Positions 54,801 to 64,000 of a stretch of DNA of 64,000 bases are shown here, piece after piece. The translations under genes were made by a program, and so were the position numbers. Location of the stretch: positions 19,220,001-19,284,000 of the forward strand of contig OZ281497.1 in the NCBI GenBank assembly GCA_965637545.1, written 5' to 3'. Source of the DNA: Phallusia mammillata (lineage: Eukaryota). The notes under the pieces were generated by a model. It saw only the letters and a program-made list of their open reading frames with translations. It did not search any database and was not told the DNA's origin. The first letter of the stretch is position 1; each line of letters starts with the position of its first letter.

Positions 54801-54895
54801 TACAAGAGGAAGACGAAGAAGACCTCGAAACCTCGTCCGACGCCAGCCCACCTCCCCCATACTGCGAACAACAAGACGTAGAAACTTCAATTTAG
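42831..54895 (+). CDS. SLC6 sodium:neurotransmitter symporter, GABA/taurine/creatine-transporter-like, 12 exons
   Basis: Exons 42831-43101, 43471-43605, 43918-44158, 45439-45571, 48339-48473, 49144-49247, 50328-50452, 51748-51860, 51977-52117, 53123-53326, 54452-54625, 54734-54895, all GT-AG and in phase. Motifs: [73 protein letters not shown]. Confidence 0.95.
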
Positions 54896-57800
54896 GCCCT
54901 AACTCAACCGTCGTGAAGTTTTCTCAAATCTTTCGGAGCCGACGACGCGATTTTAGGGCCTGATGACGTCACCGCCGCATACATGTATCCAATCACGTGG
55001 CTGGGTTTTCTGACGTCACAATTAACGGAATCCGCGATGCGCACTTAAAACTACGGACGTCGTGGAAACGTGGAGATGCTCGTGCTACTGCTGCTTGCCA
55101 ATTTAAACGCGCGAGACTTTATTTATTTATTGCTTTCGTGCTGATGCGGCGTTTAGCGCAGGTTAAAACTCGAGCTGGGGATCGTAACAACTTACTGGGG
55201 CTGAATGGCGGCCATATGTTAGTTATGGTTAAATATTATAACAGGTGTTCCCTGTTTTCAGAGTTAAAACGCATTTTTCGCGTTTCTAATGTTATAAGGA
55301 ATGATAAGATTAATTGTCTATCGCCGGCCACTATTTGGCGTAATATACAAATTTATTTCAAAACGCTAATTACCTTATGTACATACATACATAGTTGTAC
55401 TATATCTTGTACAAACCTACGCCGCTTGCGTGTTTTTTGTGAATGTATAAAATGTAAAATTTTGGGTTGTGGGAACTTACAATGGCCGCTTTTCAGCCTT
55501 GAGTGCAAACAAAACTTAACTGAATATTTTGGTAGAATACAACCCGACGAAGCGTTGTGAAGGGTTGTATAAAGGCTTTGTTGTTTGTCTCGGGCGATAC
55601 AAAAAGCCAGGCAAACCGACCCCTGTAAAACTGTGCTTTTTATGTATTTCCGTGTTTATTTTCCCTTTTACTTTCCCTCCAATTCATCCCAAAACAAATT
55701 AGCCCGATTTGTAATCTTTGAAACAGTTTCACCCAATAGGCATGACACATGTTTTCTGGGACAATTTGTGCTTGAACACTGCTATAGCGGTTATAAAATT
55801 TTATCAAGACGGAAACGAGTATAGTTTCATCCTGTTGTCAATGTTTTACTGGCTATTAATTTTGTTTCAATTTCCCCCTTCATATTAGCCGCACTACAGC
55901 GAACATATGTTCACTCTTTTTGTATCTGTTAACTGGCCAACTGAGAATCCAACAGCATTATAAAAATCGTAAATCCACAGTTTTTGGTGAATTGCGTTTA
56001 AATAACCCATTTCCTTTGAGCAAATATGCGCTTTAATGCTCTTTTTTGCCTGTATACACAACTATGAAATGTTACCCCTGCGAAATGCACCTCCTGTATA
56101 CGTATGCGTGCATCGTTTTATTTCACCACTGGTGTAGTTGGGTCGTGTGCTAACGACTAGTCTTTGTACAACTTTGTAAAAAAGACCTAAATTCAACTTA
56201 AAATAACAAAGCACATTTAGATACTACGTGGGTTGCATACTCCAGCTACCCCAGTGTGTGTGTTTTTATATCTTGAACATGTCCTGTGGTGATATAACTT
56301 ATGGCATATCGTAGCTTTCATACTCGGTGAGCGCTGGCTTTTGGTATAAATGGTAATAGTTCGCGTCCTTTATTGGGCAATTTTTCCTTTAATATGATTT
56401 AGAATGTCCCCAGAAATGTTACTAAAAGTTACCCAAATTAGAGGTGTCTAGATCAAAGTTTCGACACAAATTCGCCGTATTTACCTGTGCAAAAGTTGCG
56501 ACCTAAACTAAATTGACTATACTGTGCTGCCTTTTGCAATACTTTCAAATTTGCTGTTTTCCGTGTTAATTTGCTATCCTTTGTATATGTGACGTGCGAA
56601 TTGCTTTTGCTTTTGACATATCTGCTTTCTGAAGTATGCCTTGTGTTTTCTAAATAGTTGTGTTTTTGTACCGTAGCTGAAAGCAATGACACATTTCCTT
56701 AACACATGCACAAGTCACTCGTTAAGGGCTATTCCCTTTCCGTTTGTATGTTAACAAGTCCGTCTTTTTATGAACCAGTTCTATTTTGTTTGTTTCTCTT
56801 TCTTGCGTTGGTTTCGGACAAATACAAATGAGACAAAATAAAACTTGTTGCTGTTGTTGAACTGTCAGGAAAGGTTAAACATATTTTCTGCGCCAAATTA
56901 AAGACACGGATTAAAACCGGTATGGAACTAGCAAATCAGCTTGTCAGAGATGTCCATGTTTTTATAGTGGGCCTTGGATACTAAGATCAGTTGAAGTTTG
57001 CCCTGTTGCCGAGAGAAGGTTCTGAACAAATTTCTAATACGTATTTGTGTAGCTCGTAAAACTATGTTTTTCGGTATGGTAATAGTAAGGATGTTTTGTG
57101 CACACCAAAGGACATGCCCACAGACTTCGTTTAAGTCATATCACCAGTTGAACGTTGGTTGCAAGTATGGTGAGAGTTAGCTATGTTATAGGTTGTTCCA
57201 AAGCCGTAGATGCAACAGCTTGTCGTCAATGGGAGGTGTTATTATTATTTTGCACAATCATCTGACGTCACACTCAAACCGTAAATCGTGTTGCCGGTAG
57301 CGGTGAAGCCTCACAACTGTAAACAACGGAAAATTACCAGTAGCTACCCATGGGAGGGCTGTGCATTAGGCGGAAGCTAAAGCTTGCATGAACAGGAGGT
57401 ACCGGTGATTAGACGTGATTATGCTGATGTAAGCGTATATTTGCAATGAGGTCACAGCATGTCCACCAAAGGTCGAATGAGGTCGCTTGGCAGCTCTAAA
57501 TCACGCAATACCCACTCACAAAGGATGTAAGATAATTCAACTTAGACCTACCACACTTTCATTACCAGAAAGGAGGCCTTGACAAAGAATGTGAACAGCT
57601 ACTTTTGCGCCAAAACCTATGAGCACATATGATTTGACGAATTCTATGCAGTCAATCAATATAGACCTGTATAGATAAAGTTTTTACTTACTTACATATT
57701 GTTAATTTTATTCAACTTACTAAAGCACAACTCACACACACCCTTTTTGAAGGCCAAATTGTTATTTATATATTTAGCATTTAAAGCAAATGTAGAAAAT

Positions 57801-58141
57801 TAAAAAGGAGGACATTTGGGCAATTTTTATTTTCCTGAGAGGACAACTTGCGTTTGGAGGACATGTCTTCAAAAAGAAAACACATGTTTTTTCTGTAGAG
57901 AATGCAAGGCTAAAAATTAATTAGCCTATAGTTAGTTACATTAGTAGAAACACATAAAAAACAACTTTTGCTTGTGACAGAATGTTTCGACTCGTCATTA
58001 CTTGCTTTTTAGCTCTTTTGTGTCCCTTAGTGGAAATTACGCAAGAAACACAAACAGAAACAACGATTACGCCATCCGTTTTCCACTGTTGTGTTTTTAA
58101 AGCCTTTAATTGAAATAGAAAAAAAAACACAGGATATTAAG

Positions 58142-59218
58142 TAGGCCTACCATACATCCTCCTTTTGGAGGACATGTCCTCCTTTTTAACAAAAAGTAGG
58201 TTGTCCTCCAGGGACAAGAAAACATGCCCAATTATCCATCTTTTTGAATTTTCTGTATTTACTAAATGTCTATTAAATAACAATTGTGCCTTGAAAACCG
58301 GCCAAAGAGGGTAATTGTAGTCATTGTTAATTCAAATTAACAGTTTATGGTAAGTTAAACCACATCCAAATTGGTCTATAATAATTGACTGCGTGAAATT
58401 TGTCAAATAGGCTATCTTAAGATAGCACAATTGTGTTTTCATTTTCTTAAACACAAAAGTAAGTCACAAGTTTGGGAAATCTTTATTTCCAGGCTGAAAT
58501 CAGTTGACAATTTTTTAAAAAACAAATATATTTCGCTAAAAAAGCATCTTCAGTGTCTACAGAGAGCAATAAAAGGTATTAAAATTAGAAAAAGCTAATA
58601 GTTCTTTAACAAACACGATCATTCCACAACTGAAAGCCTAGCAGACTAAACTGACTGTGAACACGCAAAGCAATAAAAGATAAGAAATGCACGAAAGACA
58701 AAAACCGTAAAAGTGTAAAAGGCGAAGAAAAACACACGTCACTTACACCTGGGTAAAACCATTTTTGTAATGTTAATTTTTGCATCAATTTTATTTAGTC
58801 ATCTGTCTTCGGCTAAATCCAGGTCCGCAGTACGAGGTTGTTCGACAAACACGACACAGTAACAACTTTCCATTCGTGGTTTCTTTGTAAACTCGTTGGG
58901 GTGACGGTCTTTAAAGTGGTGCAAAAGCGCCGTCCCGTCATTGCGCTGCGAAGTGTCAAACTTCGCCCAAATGGCACGGTGACCCGACCCGACCACCGGG
59001 TGGCAAATCGATTTTTTGTCTGGCCTACATATTGTTCTTGGTTTTGTATGAGTTAAACTTGTGATATATATAATATGAAAGGTGGAAATCGTTGCAACAA
59101 TGGCAATAGAACAGGGAATGATTCCCAGAATCAAAATCAGGGTTTATCAAAAGTAAGTGTTAACATTCTTTGTGGGGTATGTGTCCTCCTTTTTGGTTGT
59201 GAAAATATGGTAGGCCTA
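58142..59218 (-). mobile_element. Degenerate hAT element with possible BED zinc-finger remnant
   Basis: Inverted ends TAGGCCTACCATA and TATGGTAGGCCTA with no matching TSD. The internal minus-strand ORF has AIWAKF...DGTALLHHFKDRHPNEF, resembling the BED finger W..F / GT..L..H....HP pattern. Confidence 0.4.
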
Positions 59219-59404
59219 AGTAAAACGCATGTGAAAACACTGTTCTTAGCAACAATCAAGAAAAATGTGGCAATAAATACGCACCCTTATTGCGTAGCCT
59301 ACATTAAGCATATTTTATTACAAAATTGATTGGCGTTTTTTTTTTCATTTATTCTTTCAAAAAGCAATATTGATGCCAAATGCAGTGTAGGCTATAGGCT
59401 ACAC

Positions 59405-59819
59405 CAGTGGTTCTCAACCTTTCGTGGACCGTGCCCCCTAAAAGTGACTGTTTGGCCTTGTGGCCCCTTCAAGTAACCTTGTAAGTCCTGTGGCCCCTTA
59501 AAAAATGAAATGGCAACCCGTGTTGCAATTCGGTACTAATTTCGGCTCTAAACAGGTCGAATACAGTAAACAAGAATCTGTAATCGTGAAAACCCTCGAT
59601 ATAGGCAAATAGTGTGTGAAATAGTCGTTATTTGCAACACAATAATGTGTGAAATAGTCGTTATTTGCAACACAAAAGTTATTTGCAACACAAACCTAAT
59701 TATGCGCATTAAAAAAGAAAATGGCTTTTTGTGGGTGTTTCTGGTGAATATACACCTGTGTCCCCAGAACATAGCTCGTGGCCCCCCTAGGGGCCATGGG
59801 CCCTGATTGAGAACCACTG
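59405..59819. mobile_element. hAT (Charlie-like) MITE
   Basis: TIRs CAGTGGTTCTCAA and TTGAGAACCACTG. The TSD is imperfect (GGCTACAC versus CTATACAC) and the element abuts the next MITE. Confidence 0.7.
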
Positions 59820-59826
59820 CTATACA

Positions 59827-60208
59827 CAGGGTTGCCATCGACTTGAAACCAAAAATAAGGACAACCGAAAAAAAAATTTGTTATACGAAACAAAACAAAC
59901 GTTTTTGAACAAATCTTTGCATTTATACGAGACGTGACATATCATATGCAATATTTTGGCAAAAACAATCTGTTCCACCCACTCCTTGTTTGAAGAAAAT
60001 ACTTGCTCACAACAGCTCAGGTCTAGGTTTTCTTTTACTTGTAGCATTTCACTAAGTATGTTCCTTGTAATTGTTAAAAATAATACAAAAGAAGGACTCA
60101 AGTCAAAAATAAGGACATTTCTTAGAAATAAGGACAATGAACTTTTCTAAGACATAGCCCTTCAAAATAAGGACAAATCTTAGAAATAAGGACGGTATGG
60201 CAACCCTG
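59827..60208. mobile_element. hAT MITE with AAATAAGGAC subterminal repeats
   Basis: TIRs CAGGGTTGCCAT and ATGGCAACCCTG, exact TSD GCTATACA. Confidence 0.87.
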
Positions 60209-60459
60209 GCTATACACCATAAAAAACTTCTTTATAAACATTTGACTTGCAAATTACTTTCGGGAAATCCCCTATCGTTTCAACGATGTGCTGCTGAAGA
60301 AAATCGTTAGGTTTGTGTGGTCGCTAAATGTATTTCAAAAAGCCTGTGCTGCTTTTAAGACATAAAATTGTGCATTAGTATTTTCTTGACAAAACTTTTC
60401 TAATAAATCTGAAAAAAAAGAATTAAAACTTACTTTAAGCATTTCACTTAAAAGCTGAA

Positions 60460-62585
60460 ATGTCGGATAAAGCTTCATCTACGAGGTGGCCAACTGGCGA
60501 AAACTTGGCAGCAACACAGGAAGATTACACAAACATTCCAGGAGCTACGCCTTTTTTCAAACTTGATTCAAAAGATTTTAGTTTGGAAAACTACACTCCA
60601 TCTACAGGTCTTCCAAGTAATCCACAAGACTACTTAAGAAATGTTATGTATGTGGCGTTGTGCAAAAATAATTTGTGACTAATGTTTTATGTTTTTATTA
60701 CCTGCTGTTTTACAAAATATTTAGGATTGAGGCCAGAGATTGTCCCAACGTTGTTGTTGCAAAGTCAAGACCTTCAAAAATTAAACAAAACGATTTAAAT
60801 TTGGTAAGTTGTTTGTTTTTTAATCAATTACAAAGTTTACAAATCAAAATCATGTAACAAAACAACAAGTGTGTGTGCGCAGCCTGAAGAAGAGGATATC
60901 CCAGGTGGTAACTTTGCTCCAACAAAAGAATGGTGCCAAATGCAAGTTTCAAACTTCTTTGTAGCCAGATCTGAGTTTTCAAGACACTTGGCAGTGCTGA
61001 AATCAATTAAACGCCAAACGAAGAAACGTCCAAAACTTCCCATATATCCATTGGTATACACACCCGACCATATATATATATATACATGAACATTCCTTTT
61101 TATAATCACACAGTCAATTTTGTCATAATCTAGTTATTGAACTTTTTAGCCAGCATGGGATGATGAGCTTAACTGGCGACTGTTATCTTTGGGCAACAAA
61201 TTTACAGAGAGAAATTCTGACTTTTCATCATCTCCAGGTAAATTTTTTGATGCCATGTCAAATGTTGTCCAATACTTCATACTTTATCTGACAATAACTT
61301 TGCAGAGTATAACATATGACATAACAATAGCATATGTGATTGTGTACTTTTGTACTGGGTTCAATATGTGTAACCAATTTTACAGTGGTAAAGGATGAAA
61401 ACATGGAAACAGCAGATGAAAAACATGTTAGCACCACTATGGCTGACAATAAAGAATCCTGTGAAAACATGCAGGCTTCTGCCAACATAGAAGAGGATAG
61501 AATTGTTGACCTCTCTCAACTTAAGGTAGAATTGTTCATGTTTTAATAAACACAGTAAAGTTGGTGAACATAAACTATTTAGGTATAGTAAACCTTGGTT
61601 AATCTGGACCTGTTTAGTCCAAACAATTTGTCCAGATTAGACGAAAATTTAACAGAATTAGCCGAATCCGGTTCAAACCCAGGTTTAGTGTATATACTCA
61701 ATTTCATTCACAATATACATTGTGTTAGTTGTACACCAACAAAAAACATTTCAGGTTGGTTAAACTTTATTGTCATGAGAAGGCACTTTTTTATGTTTTT
61801 GTTTCCTAATTTTTTGTGGATTACCTTTAAAGTTTTATGTAGGAGGGGTATCCACCACTCTTGAGGATGCTTTTGCGAATGGATGCAAAGCATGTGGAAT
61901 CCAACTTGGAGTACCATGTTCGATGGCTGCAGACATATGGTTTCTCACATCAACAAGGAAGGTTAATAATTTTGACCATTTTTTACAAATTCAACAAAAT
62001 GCTATTGATGCTTTTTGCAATATCAATTGTGTGGTGTACCAATTGATAAAATACAATAAAAATGAGGCACGAAAAGGCAGTTTCAAGAACTCCGATTCAA
62101 TAGTACCTGATCTCTGTTTGTAATTTAGGATCAGATAGTTTACATTTTCAATTCAGGATAACCTTTATTTAATTTCGCTTTATAGTAACTTTGGTGTCGC
62201 TGCAACATCACTGCTTAACATGATTTAAACATTTTATTATAACATTGTTTGGTTTCAGATGGATTTATGCACTCTTGGTATGTTTGGAAAAGCCCCTGTT
62301 TCCTACTGTATTGTCAACCCTACGGGATCTTGCCAGACAATGTGCGCAACTACGAACTACTTATGTAAGGAAAATATACACAGAAAAGACTTTTATTTCA
62401 AAACTTGTGCACTAAAAACAAATAACAAAAACACTAAGTATTATACACAATACACGTATGCCTACAGCTAACCTATTATTTGTTTTAAGACATCTGAAGA
62501 TATGGAACAACTTAATGGATTGAATCTGATCATTTGCATTGTTGGCAAATACTTTGACCAATCAGATTTGTTGGATAACACTTAA
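60460..62585 (+). CDS. GEMIN2: Gem-associated protein 2 (SMN complex), 8 exons
   Basis: Exons 60460-60647, 60725-60803, 60883-61053, 61150-61237, 61386-61525, 61843-61961, 62259-62364, 62490-62585, in phase. Motifs: [62 protein letters not shown]. Confidence 0.93.
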
Positions 62586-62889
62586 TCCTGTGTGTCACAA
62601 GTATCAATGCAAATTAAGTTATCTTCAGATACAGAGGCTGACCTCATAAGGCATGTGATGTGGTGTTGAATCTCTGGACAAAACAGTGAGATCGCTAGAA
62701 ATGTGTTACTTCACAACTTTGTATAACGGTTTTATGGTGAATAACAAAGTATATTTTGTGTATTTTTCTGATCTTTTTTGTACTCTTTCCAGTGGTAAAC
62801 GAATTACAGGTTCTTTTTCGTATCGATTGACCTTATTGAGAAGGCAGCCTCAGCTAAATTTTAAACCACAACAGAAAACGAAAACGGAA

Positions 62890-63920
62890 CTACAACTTCG
62901 CCGCTGTGCATTCGTTTCGGGTGTTCTTAACTTCGCAAATGTAGGCATTCAGTTTAATGCAATTCTCATCGTTCCATACAAACTCGGGTCGGGTCTTTAA
63001 TTCTTCAACACAATCCTCAGTGTGGTACTGTTTGTCGGGGATTCCCCTTGGAAACTTGGTAAATTGCGATATGTTCCTGTAGTGAAGTTCGCTTTTGTCT
63101 GCCCACACCTTTCTTCGTTCCTGGACCCTATCGTCGAGACCTAGTTGACATAGAGTGAACCAGGTGTAAAATGCCAGAAGTACCACTGGTCAGGTCACAG
63201 ATTGATTTGATTCATCACAAAAGCATATTAGCCTATATAAGCTTGCTTACATTTTTTGTGGTTATTTGTAGCGAATGAACACTTTATTCAGATCGAATGC
63301 AAAAGTTTACACGGCCTATGGCCAGCACACAAACTCTTCCTTACCGATCCAAAACGACCACATATTAGACTGTTGCATTAGTATCTCAAGGAAATCTTGA
63401 ATTCGTTCCGTCTTGGGCATTGCAAGCATCCCACCCTCCTGGCGACAAGCACTCTCCGCCAATTCGTAAGTGCGAAGATCGTCAAAAACTTGGTAACATC
63501 GACAATCCAGTTGCTCATAACCCAATGGACATGGATTGGGTTTTCGACCTTAAAATGTATTTTACGTTACTTTTCTAACAATATGTAGGGGTGTCACTCG
63601 AATCTAAGGTGGTCTCTGGAAACAGTTAAGTTTTCCCTAACCATAGCCACAGAGGCATATATGTTTTGGTATTTGTTGAGTGTTGAAAGTGTATGCGGAA
63701 AATGAACACACACTTCTTCGCAATTCGACGCATATCCTTCGAAAAGGTACTGACCTATTTCACGTAGAATTTGAGCAGCGTGCTTTCGCATCTGTTGCTT
63801 GTGTAACGAGGTGTGCCACACGAAAATGTCCCGGATGTCACCATGAAAATGAGGATTGTACTTCGGACTTCCAGGAAGCCGAAAGTCCCTCCTGCCCTCG
63901 CTTAGGTGTCCGTTTTCATC
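62890..63920 (-). CDS. 3' exons of a LamG/pentraxin-like plus C-type lectin domain protein (5' part outside the window)
   Basis: Exons 63920-63755, 63548-63345 and 63140-~62890. FHGDIRDIFVWHTSL resembles the end of a LamG/pentraxin domain. CPLGY..CY..AESAC..GGMLA..FWIGLDD..DCV..WNDENC..AYICE is a C-type lectin domain. Confidence 0.82.
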
Positions 63921-64000
63921 CTGTCAAGTACAGATTTTGTAATACTATTTATGTGGCAAGTGACGAAATTAATTTTGTGACCAAATACTTCCTCATCAGT

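Noticed and set aside
63594-63754. ORF-track extension of the lectin gene exon (QYLFEGY...RFE)
   Set aside because: A strong phase-1 donor ATAG|GTCAGT at 63755 splices in frame to the lectin exon, so this stretch is intron.

Overview
AT-rich, intron-rich eukaryotic genomic DNA. It is most likely an invertebrate chordate such as an ascidian; this is inferred from the compact spliced genes, the gene families present and a mosaic CpG pattern. I could splice seven protein-coding loci by hand with consistent exon phases. On the minus strand: a Sulfotransfer_4-type P-loop protein with a C-terminal membrane anchor (10.3-13.9 kb), PXK (16.3-25.2 kb), two tandem RIPK1-like non-RD kinases each ending in an unusual ~250-aa TPR-like helical domain (26.6-30.4 and 33.3-37.8 kb), and the 3' part of a LamG/pentraxin plus C-type lectin gene (62.9-63.9 kb). 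On the plus strand: an SLC6 transporter with altered Na2-site and gate residues (42.8-54.9 kb) and GEMIN2 (60.5-62.6 kb). There are many non-autonomous DNA elements: hAT MITEs with exact 8-bp target-site duplications, a piggyBac-type element with TTAA duplication, and Helentron-associated-like repeat elements. The first ~8.4 kb is a GC/CpG-rich island with no recognisable host gene and broken reading frames. It may be a decayed viral or large mobile element, but I could not assign a family. No rRNA, tRNA or CRISPR array was seen. The best leads are the kinase-TPR tandem pair, the atypical SLC6 and the unexplained island.
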